Part shown: positions 38,933-48,686 of the stretch, in pieces
Layout of the letters: each line of letters begins with the position of its first letter
Position numbering within the stretch: position 1 is the first letter of the stretch
Source: a virus
Taxonomy: Duplodnaviria; Caudoviricetes
Reading direction: 5' to 3' (one strand)
Length of the DNA: 64,000 nt
Virus record (IMG/VR): IMGVR_UViG_2974750029_000001
Coordinates: 1,219-65,218 of that record
Notes under the pieces: model-generated
What the model saw: only the letters and a program-made list of their open reading frames with translations
Databases searched by the model: none
Told to the model about the DNA's origin: nothing
Position numbers and translations under genes: made by a program

Positions 38933-39281
38933 CGGAGTCGAAGTAGACTCCGCAACCGGGGCACAACAGAGGGTACTTCAGATACTCGCGAAAGTATCGG
39001 ATGTGGTCGTCACAGAGTGTCGCGGCGATCGTGAGAAGGCCTGCGACATAGTTGTATTCGGTCCAATCCTTGCCGAGCAGGACGAACTGTCGAGGGTCGC
39101 TCCAGCAGGGGCACAGTCGCATCTGGTACGCACGAACGGACTGGTTCTGGCAACCGTCGGGGTGGTGCTCGGCGGGGTGGTCGAATGGTGGCTCATAGGG
39201 ATGAACCCAGAGCATCCGTTTGCAGGTGCAGACTACGTCAGGCTGGAAATCGAGACTCTCCAGAGCCTTGTCGAAGTCCAT
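38898..39281 (-). CDS. Cys-rich hypothetical protein
   Basis: CTC, CPC, LCDDH and CPGC motifs. Confidence 0.65.
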   Translation of the reverse strand: MDFDKALESLDFQPDVVCTCKRMLWVHPYEPPFDHPAEHHPDGCQNQSVRAYQMRLCPCWSDPRQFVLLGKDWTEYNYVAGLLTIAATLCDDHIRYFREYLKYPLLCPGCGVYFDSVDEILLNEQVL

Positions 39282-39582
39282 CTGGCGGGGCCTCCTGCGT
39301 TCGGTTCATGATGAGCTCGCCGCCGTAGATGCCTTCGGCGAGCGGGTCGGTCAGTGCCGCGGCGAGGCAGACCTCGCGTTGCGAGCAGGCGCGGCAGACC
39401 TGTTTGGCACCTTCGTGCCGGTTTCGCCGGGCGACGGCGCTCTCGCCCTTCGCGTTCTTCTTTCCTCCCCCGTCAAGCTCGGCATCCCAGAGCCAGGACC
39501 CCACGAATCGCTCCTGGCAGCAGAGCGCCTCATGGCGATCCACCGCCCGTTGAGCGGGGGAGATCAGGCTGAGTGGGATCAC
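39238..39582 (-). CDS. whiB: WhiB-family protein
   Basis: C...AKQVCRACSQREVC...GIYGG. Confidence 0.8.
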   Translation of the reverse strand: MIPLSLISPAQRAVDRHEALCCQERFVGSWLWDAELDGGGKKNAKGESAVARRNRHEGAKQVCRACSQREVCLAAALTDPLAEGIYGGELIMNRTQEAPPDGLRQGSGESRFPA

Positions 39583-39860
39583 TGCGGGGGCTTCACCGCT
39601 CGCGCCGCGTTCATGATGTTCTGGCGCGCGGTCTCGGGGTCGAAGTAGACCAGGATGCCCTGCGCGTGCATCCGCTCGGCGACCATCCGCATCATGTTCT
39701 CGTTACTGATCCCCGTCTCGGGATCCCAGTCGTCGTTGAGTCGCTTGATCGGGTGGGTGTCGCTCCCGGCGCGCAGCTTCCCCTGCTCGTAGTCGTTGAG
39801 GACCGACTCGATGCAGGCAGTCAGTCGTTCAGCCGTGGAAGCGGGGTCGAGCTTCCTCAC
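39579..39860 (-). CDS. Hypothetical protein
   Basis: 4-nt overlaps on both sides. Confidence 0.75.
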   Translation of the reverse strand: MRKLDPASTAERLTACIESVLNDYEQGKLRAGSDTHPIKRLNDDWDPETGISNENMMRMVAERMHAQGILVYFDPETARQNIMNAARAVKPPQ

Positions 39861-40318
39861 ATCGACCCCGCTTCCACCAGCGCCTCGATGGACTCTCGGC
39901 TGTATCGAACCTGCTTGGGTCCGAGTGGCCGGAATCCGATGATCTTGCCCTCACGCTCCCATCGGCGCAAGGTCGGGCGGGAGACGCCGAGAAGGGTGGC
40001 CGCGGTGTTCGCGTCCATCGTCTCCTTCATCTGCTTGCGCAGTGCGGTGATCCCCTCGGGGGTGCCCTTGCGCGGCAGGTTGCGGGAGTCCGACCGGCGC
40101 GCGGTGTCCATGCGCCACCGGCGGATCTCCTCGACGATGTCCTCGGCGTGGTCGAGCAGTGCGCTCACGGGGATGCGCATGTGTGACCCCGCGGTGCGGC
40201 TCATCGGCAGGGTCTTCATTCCGTTTCGGAGGCAGCGTCGGAGCACCCACGAGGGCACGCCGAGCAGCGTGGCCGCCTGGTCAACACTCACGAGGGTGTC
40301 GATGTCTGGGGTATCCAT
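39857..40318 (-). CDS. DNA-binding protein with two MerR/excisionase-like HTH domains
   Basis: VSVDQAATLLGVP...RT.GSHMRI and DANTAATLLGVSRPTLRRWEREGKI...RYS. Confidence 0.85.
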   Translation of the reverse strand: MDTPDIDTLVSVDQAATLLGVPSWVLRRCLRNGMKTLPMSRTAGSHMRIPVSALLDHAEDIVEEIRRWRMDTARRSDSRNLPRKGTPEGITALRKQMKETMDANTAATLLGVSRPTLRRWEREGKIIGFRPLGPKQVRYSRESIEALVEAGSM

Positions 40319-40348
40319 TGCTCTCGTCTCTCTCTTTGTTCGGGTTGT

Positions 40349-41089
40349 CTACAACTGTATCAGATCCAGCTCCACGGCAGCCTTCAGGATCGGCCACGCC
40401 CGGTAGACGTCGGAGCGGGCCTGGCGCACCTTACGCAGGAACAGGATCGCGTGCCGGTCGGCGTCGCGGGCGTGTCGGCTCCCTGAAGCCCAGAAACCCC
40501 ACTGTTTGAGCCGCTCGTCGGTGATCGAGGACTTCGCCTCGCTCGGTTGCTGCCGCTTCGGTGTGGGGTATCCAGGGCGCTCCCAGATCATCTGCTCGAA
40601 GGCCGCGGTGAGCCGGACCGGCGAGAGTGCGTCGCGCTTCTGGGTCTGGGTCCGCAGAATGAAGTCCTCGATGACCAGCGCGGTGAGGAACCGACCTCCG
40701 GCCTGGTTCACGAGCTGGTCCATCATGTAGGCCCCGGCGTGCTCGCCGGACAGGGAGCCACCGAGGTCGATCTCGTCGCCGAGCTGGGTGATCGCGGCGT
40801 CGTTGACCGAGCCGGACATCGCCCCGCAGTCGATCTCCCCGTGCCACCAGTGAGTGATGACGTCGCGCCAGCTCGCCGTCTTGTCGAGCAGCTTCGCGGG
40901 GTCGAGACGCATGACCGACCAGCCGGTGGTGCCGCCGGGGTCGAAGGCGATGACCCGCAGCCCACGGCCGAGGAGAATCCTGATGTCGGCCTCGGAGAGC
41001 CCGGCGACCAACTCCTCGACCGGCCGCGGGATCTCCGCGGCCATGCCCTGTCGGTCGAGCCAGTCCTTCGGGGTGGTCTCGGGGATCAC
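40349..41089 (-). CDS. RuvC-like Holliday junction resolvase
   Basis: IAFDPGGTTGW, VIEDF and HARDA.RH motifs; GGAGG RBS before GTG 41089. Confidence 0.8.
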   Translation of the reverse strand: MIPETTPKDWLDRQGMAAEIPRPVEELVAGLSEADIRILLGRGLRVIAFDPGGTTGWSVMRLDPAKLLDKTASWRDVITHWWHGEIDCGAMSGSVNDAAITQLGDEIDLGGSLSGEHAGAYMMDQLVNQAGGRFLTALVIEDFILRTQTQKRDALSPVRLTAAFEQMIWERPGYPTPKRQQPSEAKSSITDERLKQWGFWASGSRHARDADRHAILFLRKVRQARSDVYRAWPILKAAVELDLIQL

Positions 41090-44000
41090 GGTTCCTCCAA
41101 TTCGATGATCTCGACGGTCTCTGCCTGGATGCTGGGGCCGTGGCCGTCGCGCGAGATGCCGACGACATGGACGGCGGTGTTGCCGTCGACGGCCGCGAGC
41201 TCGTCTGCCAGAGCGGGGTACATCCACCGGCTGACGTAGAGGTGAACCTCGATCCCCTCGGCGTCCTCGGCGATGACGGTGGCCTTCGTCGACAGCTCCG
41301 GCCGCTCGGTCTTGGCCTTCAGCGCCTCGATCGACTCGCCGGTGCGCTTGCGAAGGCCCTCGAAGTGGTCCTTGACCTTGACCTCGCGGATCAGGCCGAT
41401 GAACACCACCTTCTCGTCGACGCATTCGAGGAGCAGGCTCGACGGGGTGTTGCCGCCGAGCAGTCCGATCTCCCCGTTCTCGATCGCCTGCTCGATGGTC
41501 TGCACGGCGCGCGCGGCCTTGTTGATGCCGAACGGGTCGGCCGAGGCGGTCAGCGCCTTGATTCGCTCGACGGTCTTCGCGCCGAGGCCCGGCACCCCGC
41601 GAGACGGCTCGTCCGGCTTGGTCTTGCGACCCTTCTTCGGGGCCACGTAACGCATGTCGTCCCAGTCGTGAAGGAGCGCCTTGAAATTGACGCCCTTCTC
41701 CGGCGGAGGTCCGATCTCGCGATCGCGCCACTCGACCATCTTCTGTCCGACCTTCTCGGCGACGCCGTCGATCTGGGTGAACCCCGCTCGGATGGAGGGG
41801 CCGCTGGTGACCGGCTCCCAGGTCAGGCCGGACATGGCAAGGTCCGGCGCGAGGATCGAGAACCCGTGCGCGGCGGCGTCCTTCAGCAACGAGAGCTGCT
41901 GGTCCTTGTCGGCCCCGCGCAGCGCCGCAGCGTAGAAGTACTTCGGGTGGTAGTGCTTCAGCCATGCCAGCCAGTACCCGACGACGGCGTAGCAGACCGC
42001 GTGCGCGATGTTGAACAGGTAGCTCGACGAGGCGGCCATGTAGTCCCAGAGCTCCCGAGCATCGTCCTCGGGCATCCCGATCTCGCTCTTCATGCCGTCG
42101 CGGAACTCCTCCCAGAACGCCTCGAAGGCCCCGCCCTGCTTCTTCTTTCCGATGATGCGCCGGAGCTGGCTGACCCGGTCGCCGGGCATCCCGGCCACGC
42201 GGCCCATGCCCATCACCTGCTCCTGGTAGACCAGGCAACCGTTGGTCGACTGCAACACCGCGTTGACCGCGGGGTAGCCCCAGTCGCGAGGCTCCTCCTG
42301 GCCGAGCTCGACGGCCTCGTAGTGCGAGGTCTGGCCGGAGATGAGCGCGCCAGGACGCGAGAGGGCGTTGATGTCGGCGAGATGGCGGAACTCGAAGTCG
42401 GTCTGTCCGGCGAGCTTGTTCACGATCCCGCGGGTGGTCCGGCCATCGAACTGGAAGATGCCGGTCAGGTCGCCGGTACCGAACACGCTTTCGAGCACCT
42501 CGACGTCGTCGAGCGGGAGCGCGTAGAGCTCCTCGAAGGTCATGCCGATCCAGTCCAGGCAGTCGTGGATGAGCCTCATCGTCTTCAGCCCGAGGATGTC
42601 GAGCTTCAGCATTCCGAGGTACTCGGCGTCGCGCTTGTCGTAGGAGATCCCGCGGCGGGTGACGCCGTCCTTGGCGACGGTGTAGACCGCGCAGGTGTCG
42701 GCGATCGGCTGGGTCGAGATGACCAGCCCCGCGGCGTGGATGCCCATGCCGCGGTAATCGCCCTCGATCGCCATCGCCATCTTCAGGTCGGGGTACTTCT
42801 CGACGATCTGCCGGGCCCGGTCGAAGGTGCCGATCGCGTCGGCGACCGAGAAGTTCTCGCGGGGGTCGCCGTCGTCGCGGTCCACGATGAGCTCCTTCAG
42901 CTCGTAGACCTCGCTGAAGTCGGCGAGCTCGTGCGCGCGAGCGGTGTCCTGGACCGCAGTGCGGCCGCGGTAGCGCATGTAGTTGGCGATGTGCGCGGTC
43001 TTATCGGCCCCGTACTTGCCCTGCGCGTAGGCGAAGACGGCCTTCGGGTCCTCGAAGTCGATGTCGATGTCGGGGTCGTCAGGCCGCGACGGGTCGATGA
43101 ACCGCTCGAACTGCATGAGCGGGAACTGCATCGGGTCGATCTCGGTGATCCGCAGCAGGTAGCACAGCAGCGACCCGGCGGCCGACCCGCGACCGGGGCC
43201 GACACCCATCTTCGCGACGTCCTTGGCCCACCGCACGAGGTCGGCGGTGACCAGGAAGTAGTCGCAGAACCCCTTCGGCTCGATGATGGAGAACTCGTAG
43301 TGGATCCGCTCCAGGTAGGCGTCGGTGTCGATGTCCCACCGCTGCGCGAAGCCGGGGTTGGTCTCGGCGCGGAACTCGATCCCCTCGTTGATCCACTTCT
43401 TCAGCCGGTCAGCCGCCGACATCTGCGGGCCCCGCTCGATGAACACGACGCGGTCCGACTTCGGCAGCTCGACGTTGCACCGGTCGGCGATCTCGCGCGC
43501 CCCTTCGACCGCGGCCTTCGCTTCGGCGCGGGTGAGGTCACAGTCGAGGAGGGCCTGAAGGCAGTGAGCGTCGGACTCGGGGTAGGTCAGCCGGACGTCG
43601 TACTCCCAGTCGGCGTCCTGCGTCGCCACGGTGCCTCCGCGGTGCGCCGCGTGCAGCATTCGTTGGACGACGTTCTGGTCGGGGTGCGGGTAGTGGACGT
43701 CGGCGGTCGCCACCAGCGGGATGCCCTCGGCGGCCGACACGTCGGCGAAGAACTGGTTGAGCAGGACCGCGCGATCGAGCTCGGGGAACATCTGCGCTTC
43801 GAGGTAGAACCGGTCGCCGTAGCACTTCTGGAACTTCGCGATCAGCGCGCGGGTCTCGTCGACGCTTTCGTCGGTCCAGTCCTCGCGTCGGTCGCCGAGG
43901 CTCTTGCCGCCGAGCAGGGTGCAGGAGATCCACGAGTCGGCGCACCCGCTGGTGACGATGAGGCCTTCGGTGAGCTCGGGGTCGAGGATCTGGTTAAGGT

Positions 44001-44337
44001 GCAGGCGGGGGACGTACTTGGTCTGCTCCCAGGCCAGGGTGACCAGCCGGTTGAGGTTGCGGTAGCCGACCTCGTTCATCGCCAGCACCGTCTGGTGGAA
44101 ATGCCGTCGGCGGGGCTCGTCGGCCGGGGCGATGTCGAACTCGCAGCCGAAGATCGGCTTGATCCCGGCCTCCTTGGCGGCGATTTCGAGCTGCACGTGC
44201 GAGCTGACGTTGCGGTGCTCGGTGAGCGCGAGCGCGTCCATGTCGAGCTCGGCCACGCGAGCGACGTGCTCGGCGGGCTTGCGGTACCCGTCGCCGTGGC
44301 TGAACGAGCTGTGTGTGTGGAGCGAGACCCACTTCAT
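41086..44337 (-). CDS. dnaE: DnaE-like DNA polymerase III alpha subunit
   Basis: PHP domain (LHTHS, LTEH, GCE, TADVHY), GRGSAAGS, FERF, PDIDIDF, KLDILG, GIFQF and YQEQVM. Confidence 0.95.
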   Translation of the reverse strand: MKWVSLHTHSSFSHGDGYRKPAEHVARVAELDMDALALTEHRNVSSHVQLEIAAKEAGIKPIFGCEFDIAPADEPRRRHFHQTVLAMNEVGYRNLNRLVTLAWEQTKYVPRLHLNQILDPELTEGLIVTSGCADSWISCTLLGGKSLGDRREDWTDESVDETRALIAKFQKCYGDRFYLEAQMFPELDRAVLLNQFFADVSAAEGIPLVATADVHYPHPDQNVVQRMLHAAHRGGTVATQDADWEYDVRLTYPESDAHCLQALLDCDLTRAEAKAAVEGAREIADRCNVELPKSDRVVFIERGPQMSAADRLKKWINEGIEFRAETNPGFAQRWDIDTDAYLERIHYEFSIIEPKGFCDYFLVTADLVRWAKDVAKMGVGPGRGSAAGSLLCYLLRITEIDPMQFPLMQFERFIDPSRPDDPDIDIDFEDPKAVFAYAQGKYGADKTAHIANYMRYRGRTAVQDTARAHELADFSEVYELKELIVDRDDGDPRENFSVADAIGTFDRARQIVEKYPDLKMAMAIEGDYRGMGIHAAGLVISTQPIADTCAVYTVAKDGVTRRGISYDKRDAEYLGMLKLDILGLKTMRLIHDCLDWIGMTFEELYALPLDDVEVLESVFGTGDLTGIFQFDGRTTRGIVNKLAGQTDFEFRHLADINALSRPGALISGQTSHYEAVELGQEEPRDWGYPAVNAVLQSTNGCLVYQEQVMGMGRVAGMPGDRVSQLRRIIGKKKQGGAFEAFWEEFRDGMKSEIGMPEDDARELWDYMAASSSYLFNIAHAVCYAVVGYWLAWLKHYHPKYFYAAALRGADKDQQLSLLKDAAAHGFSILAPDLAMSGLTWEPVTSGPSIRAGFTQIDGVAEKVGQKMVEWRDREIGPPPEKGVNFKALLHDWDDMRYVAPKKGRKTKPDEPSRGVPGLGAKTVERIKALTASADPFGINKAARAVQTIEQAIENGEIGLLGGNTPSSLLLECVDEKVVFIGLIREVKVKDHFEGLRKRTGESIEALKAKTERPELSTKATVIAEDAEGIEVHLYVSRWMYPALADELAAVDGNTAVHVVGISRDGHGPSIQAETVEIIELEEP

Positions 44338-44510
44338 CCGCGCAGCACCCGCAGCTTCGACTGGACGGCCAGCGCGTTCAGCGCGGCCTGGGGGTCCCTG
44401 AAACGAGTGACGATCGTCGGCGCGCGGTGCCGCCCGACGTACTCGGTGTCCCGCGGCGCGGGGACGATGATGTACTCGCCGGACTTGCCGGTGCGCTCGT
44501 GCTGTGCCAT
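44334..44510 (-). CDS. Small hypothetical protein, 58 aa (not in the ORF track)
   Basis: GGAGG RBS; MAQHERTGKSGEYIIVPAPR...; stop overlaps the dnaE ATG. Confidence 0.65.
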   Translation of the reverse strand: MAQHERTGKSGEYIIVPAPRDTEYVGRHRAPTIVTRFRDPQAALNALAVQSKLRVLRG

Positions 44511-44558
44511 GTGGGCCTCCAGGATTTTGCTCGAAAATTGGCGGAACTCTCTCCACCG

Positions 44559-44587
44559 ACTTTACGAGTTGACGTCAAAGAAGTCAA
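44559..44587 (-). promoter_or_regulatory. SigA-like promoter with TTGACGTCAAC in the spacer
   Basis: Minus strand TTGACT (44587-44582), 17 nt, TAAAGT (44564-44559); palindrome at 44568-44579. Confidence 0.7.
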
Positions 44588-44792
44588 CCCGGTTCCTCCC
44601 GGCTGATCCAATCAGCCAGACCTTGAACGTGATCATCGCGGGCCGGTCGTGGTCCTCACGCGACCAGTGCCCGGCGTTCTCCTGCTCGATCTCCTGGCGG
44701 TACCGCTCCTCGCGGTATTCGCTCACGAGCCGGGCATGATCGGCCGAGCACTGGACGTGGTTGGGTTGGCACCGCTGGTGCCGGGGGATCAA
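44562..44792 (-). CDS. Hypothetical protein
   Basis: 76 aa; overlaps the upstream stop; MITFK.WL motif. Confidence 0.65.
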   Translation of the reverse strand: MIPRHQRCQPNHVQCSADHARLVSEYREERYRQEIEQENAGHWSREDHDRPAMITFKVWLIGSAGRNRVDFFDVNS

Positions 44793-45358
44793 TCGGTGCA
44801 GTCGGGGCAGCCGCCGCCGTCGCAGGTCGCACAGCTCGACGGCGGGACCGGGTCGGGCACCGGGACGTCGGAGGCCTTCATGAAGATCGGCTGGCCGTCA
44901 GGGGTGACGCCGATCTGAACGTACTCTTGGGGGTCCGTTGGCCGCACCCACAGTCGGTCGGGGTCTTCCATCTCGGCCATCGCCGCGGCCAGCCGGTCCG
45001 CGGTGTTCTCTTCGCAGAGGTTCTCGATCTCCACCTTCAGGCGCTCGTGCGGGATCGCGCCGGAGATGACCGCCTCGACCGAGCCCCGCTTCACGAGCAG
45101 CAGTGACGGGGTCGAGCTGACGCAGGCCTCCTCGACGAACCGGCGGACCTTCTGCCCCTGCTCGGACTCGTCGCCCCAGCCCATCGTGAGGGCGTGCGAG
45201 AGGTTGCGCTTGAGCGGCATCTCGTCGAGCGCCTGCACCATGTAGCTGTGCAGCGGCTCTGTCGGCGAGCCGACGAGGATGGCCCAGCGGGTGTTGCCGG
45301 TGGTCGAGGTGACCTTGTCGATGACGGTCAAGAGATCGTAAAAGGCAATGGTGGGCAT
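44789..45358 (-). CDS. Hypothetical protein, possibly degenerate thioredoxin-like fold with C-terminal CxxCxGxGCxxC
   Basis: VSSTPSLLLVKRG......GA resembles a thioredoxin C-terminal half; no active-site CxxC. Confidence 0.65.
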   Translation of the reverse strand: MPTIAFYDLLTVIDKVTSTTGNTRWAILVGSPTEPLHSYMVQALDEMPLKRNLSHALTMGWGDESEQGQKVRRFVEEACVSSTPSLLLVKRGSVEAVISGAIPHERLKVEIENLCEENTADRLAAAMAEMEDPDRLWVRPTDPQEYVQIGVTPDGQPIFMKASDVPVPDPVPPSSCATCDGGGCPDCTD

Positions 45359-45382
45359 GGTAAAGCTCCCTGGATACGAGAA

Positions 45383-45420
45383 GAGCGGGTGGGCCGACCC
45401 CTCAATCGGCCCACCCGCTC
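45383..45420 (-). terminator. Hairpin, probable terminator
   Basis: 15-bp perfect stem 45383-45397/45406-45420 just after the 45432 stop. Confidence 0.7.
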
Positions 45421-45431
45421 GGGTGGTTGGG

Positions 45432-46292
45432 TCAGAAGGCGCTGCGGCGCTTCCGGCCCGTGGTCTTCTTGGGTTCCGGCTCCGGCTCCGGCTCGTCCTC
45501 GTCCTCGTCGTCCTCGGCGACGTAGCCGTCCTCGTCCGAGTCCTCGTCGACGTAATCGACGTCGTCGTCCGAGTCGTCGTCGTCCGAGTCGTCCTCGTCC
45601 GAGTCGTCCTCGTCCGAGTCGTCGTCGGGCTCGACGTCGGCCGTCTCGTCGGCCGAGTCATCCTCGACGATGATGTCGTCGGTGTCGACGTCGTCGTCCT
45701 CGATGATCTCCTCGTCGGCTCCCGACGCAGGAACCTCGTGGTCCGACGGGTAGATGTCGTTGATGCGGAGCTGGCGGACGGTCTTCTTCTCGATCTTGCC
45801 GTCGACCTTCTCCTTGACGACGTAGCTGTCGTTCTTGGTGGAGACGACGACGGGGATTCCCTTGAACCCCTTCCCCGCCAGGGAGAACTTGCCCAGCTTG
45901 GTGATCTTCTCGCCCTTGTCGTCGAGAACGGCGCTGCCACCCCAGAAAACGCTGCGGAGCTTCTCGTCGCCGGAGATCGCGTCGAGCAGACGGTTGATCT
46001 GGCCGACCTGAAGGTCGACGTAGTCGTCCTCCATGCTCTCGGGGATCACGAGGCGATGGAAGATCGAGTAGCCGTTGTACTTCTCGTTCTCGTGCGTCTT
46101 CGGAGCGTCGAACTCGACGATGGCGACCAGCATCGTCTTGTCGCCAGCCTTCGTCGGCTTGATCTGGAGCTGCTTGATCACAGCGCCGTAGACGCCGACC
46201 GGCGGGGTCGGGCCGGTGTAGTTCTTGAATCCGGTGACGGCCTCGACCTTGGCGGCCTCGGCACCGATGTTGAGCTTCAGCTTGATGCCCAT
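45432..46292 (-). CDS. Probable ssDNA-binding protein with long acidic tail
   Basis: Y.GPTPP.G.Y...IK N-terminal domain; follows the Sak4-like ATPase; D/E-rich C-terminus. Confidence 0.6.
   Translation of the reverse strand: MGIKLKLNIGAEAAKVEAVTGFKNYTGPTPPVGVYGAVIKQLQIKPTKAGDKTMLVAIVEFDAPKTHENEKYNGYSIFHRLVIPESMEDDYVDLQVGQINRLLDAISGDEKLRSVFWGGSAVLDDKGEKITKLGKFSLAGKGFKGIPVVVSTKNDSYVVKEKVDGKIEKKTVRQLRINDIYPSDHEVPASGADEEIIEDDDVDTDDIIVEDDSADETADVEPDDDSDEDDSDEDDSDDDDSDDDVDYVDEDSDEDGYVAEDDEDEDEPEPEPEPKKTTGRKRRSAF
45565..45624. repeat. Four 15-bp tandem repeats encoding (D/E)DDSD units
   Basis: TCGTCCGAGTCGTC(G/C) at 45565, 45580, 45595 and 45610. Confidence 0.9.
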
Positions 46293-46307
46293 GTGGGTGT
46301 TGTTCTC

Positions 46308-47105
46308 CTACTTCTGCGAGGGATTCGCGTCGTCCTCGACGGCGTTTGCCGCCAAGATCTTCTCGGTGATCTGCGCCAGATTCTTGTTGACGGTCTGGCG
46401 GCCGAGGCAGTCGAAACGGTCCTTGGCGATCACATCGTCGGTCCCGTGCCATTGGATGACGCGGGCCTTGGTGGTCTTCTGGGTCTTCGCGTTGGTGACG
46501 TTGGCGAAGTGCATGTAGCCGACGCAGTGCATCTGTGCGGCCACCCAGTTCGCCACCTTGTAGCCCTGGCCGTGCATGTTGGGGAGCCGGAACTCCTCCC
46601 CCTTCTCGTTCTCGACCAGCATCGAGTGCGCGGTCCAGAGCTTGTTGACGTTCGGCAGGTCGTTGACCAGGGTCACGAAACGCATCAGGCGCATCTGGTC
46701 CTCGCCGTACTCTTCGAGCTGCACCTTGTCGAGCGATCCGCCCTTCAGCTCGAAGCGTTCCTCGACGATCGACCGGCGGATGTTGAGCTGAAGCTGCGTG
46801 ACGGTGTCGACGCAGATCCAGTCGAACGGGAAGCCGTCCTTGGCGGTGTTGTCCACCAGCCACTCGTAGGCCTGCTCGAACTTCTCCCACGAGTTGACGC
46901 AGTCCCAGACCTTCGACTGGCCGCCCGCCTTGCGCGCGGAGATCGTGCCGTTCTCGGTGGCGAGAAAGAGGGTCTTGGCCGCACCAGCGAAGCGGGTCTT
47001 GCCGATGCCGGGGTCGCCGTAGACGAGCATCGAGATGCTCTCGGTGTAGTCCTCGATGCCGACGATGTCATCGGGGAGCTCGAAGGCGTCTTCAGGGTTA
47101 CTCAT
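46308..47105 (-). CDS. Sak4/AAA_24 RecA-like ATPase (recombinase)
   Basis: LVYGDPGIGKT Walker A, ICVDTVT Walker B, TAH and AKDRF; GAGGAG RBS. Confidence 0.85.
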   Translation of the reverse strand: MSNPEDAFELPDDIVGIEDYTESISMLVYGDPGIGKTRFAGAAKTLFLATENGTISARKAGGQSKVWDCVNSWEKFEQAYEWLVDNTAKDGFPFDWICVDTVTQLQLNIRRSIVEERFELKGGSLDKVQLEEYGEDQMRLMRFVTLVNDLPNVNKLWTAHSMLVENEKGEEFRLPNMHGQGYKVANWVAAQMHCVGYMHFANVTNAKTQKTTKARVIQWHGTDDVIAKDRFDCLGRQTVNKNLAQITEKILAANAVEDDANPSQK

Positions 47106-47121
47106 GGTCTCCTCTGTCTGT

Positions 47122-47140
47122 GTTGACGTCAACTGTATCA
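47122..47140 (-). promoter_or_regulatory. Extended -10 element followed by GTTGACGTCAAC
   Basis: Minus strand TGATACAGT (47140-47132) overlapping the palindrome 47122-47133, upstream of the recombinase RBS. Confidence 0.6.
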
Positions 47141-47157
47141 GAACTTTCCCGCCGAGG

Positions 47158-48357
47158 CTAGAAGTCGCCCTTGCGCTCCTCGCGGTGTGCCTCGTAGGGG
47201 TCGCGCACGTGGTAGGCGACCGACTTCAGCATCTCCACGTCCCCGCCGTTCTCGTCGGCCAGGCAGAGGTTGTAGAAGTCGCAGTCCCAGGTGCAGTCCG
47301 ACGTCGGGGTCTTATACAGCGGGAGCAGCCCGTCGCGCATCGCGTTCATCGACGCGACCTCGTCGGCGATCCGCTGGATCTGCTGGCGACGCTCCTTCGA
47401 GGTGCGATACACCGGCTCCCGGTGGAACCGCGGGGAGGGCTGCTTATTCGACACGTCCCCGAGCACCACCAGGTCCCGCTCGTCGGCCTCCTCCTCCAGC
47501 GCGGCGAGGGCCATCTTCTTCAGCTCGGCCTCTCGCTTCGGACCGACCTCATCGACCCAGAGCTGCGAGAGGCCGTCGTCGGCGTACTTCTTCGCCTCGA
47601 CCTCCAGCAACGCCTCGACGAAGTGGCTCTTCTTGGGCTTGTTCGTCGCGAGGCCCTGTTCGTTCACCGGCCGGTCGTCCGGCGGGGCCTTCATCAGGAA
47701 GTTGTAGAGGATCCCCGAGATCCGCTCGTTCTTCCCGATGGTGCCGTCGCGCCGGAGCACGTTGTCGGCCACCGCCCAGTAGCCGCCCGCCTGGTCGTCG
47801 AGCGGGAGGTGGTTGGTGCGGATCGAGCGCGCCGTCTTGTGGTCCCAGAGCCAGATCTTGCCGGTGGCCTGGTCCCGCGCGACGATGTCGAAGGTGCCGT
47901 GGAACTTGGCAACCGGGGTGGTGTCCTTCGGCCGGTCAGGGTCGATCCCGGTCGAGCGGGGAATGCTCACTCCGAAGGGCCGCTCCGGCGAGAGGATCTC
48001 CCACTGCTCGTCGTGGCCGTAGGTCACCAGGTAGTTGTCGAGCATCGCCAGCCCGACGCCTTCGGCGTCCATCACGACCTGCTCCGGCTCGCCAGGGATG
48101 CCGCTGTCGCGCATCTCTACGCGGATCAGCTCACGCACCCCTTCGCAGTACTCCGACCAGGTCTCGCGCAGGTCGCGGCCGCGCTCGGTGCCGGGGATGT
48201 ACCAGTGCTCGAAGGCCAGGTGGATGCCGGTGCCGAACCACAGCGGGAGCTTGCGCTTGTTCGACTCCAGCCCGTCGCGCCAGGCCCACCACCACCGTTG
48301 CGGGCACCGCTTGAAATCCTTGCGCTCCGACCCGCGGAGCAGGGGGAGGTCAGTCAT
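47158..48357 (-). CDS. Cas4-family / PD-(D/E)XK exonuclease
   Basis: FKRCPQRW, GTGIHLAFE, GTFD, DHKT and C.WDCDF..LC motifs. Confidence 0.88.
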   Translation of the reverse strand: MTDLPLLRGSERKDFKRCPQRWWWAWRDGLESNKRKLPLWFGTGIHLAFEHWYIPGTERGRDLRETWSEYCEGVRELIRVEMRDSGIPGEPEQVVMDAEGVGLAMLDNYLVTYGHDEQWEILSPERPFGVSIPRSTGIDPDRPKDTTPVAKFHGTFDIVARDQATGKIWLWDHKTARSIRTNHLPLDDQAGGYWAVADNVLRRDGTIGKNERISGILYNFLMKAPPDDRPVNEQGLATNKPKKSHFVEALLEVEAKKYADDGLSQLWVDEVGPKREAELKKMALAALEEEADERDLVVLGDVSNKQPSPRFHREPVYRTSKERRQQIQRIADEVASMNAMRDGLLPLYKTPTSDCTWDCDFYNLCLADENGGDVEMLKSVAYHVRDPYEAHREERKGDF

Positions 48358-48655
48358 CGCTGGCGAGCATGATCTCGCTGGCAAGGCTGATCACGTGCCG
48401 ACGACTGATTTCCAGCATCGTCACGTGGTTCTCGCCGTTCATCTTCGAGGCCTTCGGGTTCCCTACCTCGCGGATCGGCAGGTAGGTCAGCATGTGGTCG
48501 TCATCGTTCTCGACGACGTAGCCGACGAACTCGCGGATCATGCCGCCGTCGCCGACCTGGTAGCGCAGGGTCGACAGCATCTCGGACAGCAGGCCGTAGC
48601 GACCCTCGACCCATTCCTGGATCTTCTGGTCGACGTGGGGTCGATGGGTGGTCAT
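48350..48655 (-). CDS. Hypothetical protein
   Basis: GAAAGGA RBS; MTTHRPHVDQ... Confidence 0.7.
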   Translation of the reverse strand: MTTHRPHVDQKIQEWVEGRYGLLSEMLSTLRYQVGDGGMIREFVGYVVENDDDHMLTYLPIREVGNPKASKMNGENHVTMLEISRRHVISLASEIMLASDD

Positions 48656-48686
48656 GGTGTTCCTTTCGCGGGGCAGATGGACGCTA

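Noticed and set aside
9262-44337. Inteins or introns in terminase, primase or DnaE
   Set aside because: Lengths are ordinary and no intein-type C...HN/C motifs or interruptions were seen.
47158-48357. Cas4-like gene as evidence of a CRISPR system
   Set aside because: No repeat-spacer array or other cas genes; it sits with a Sak4-like ATPase and SSB as a normal phage recombination module.
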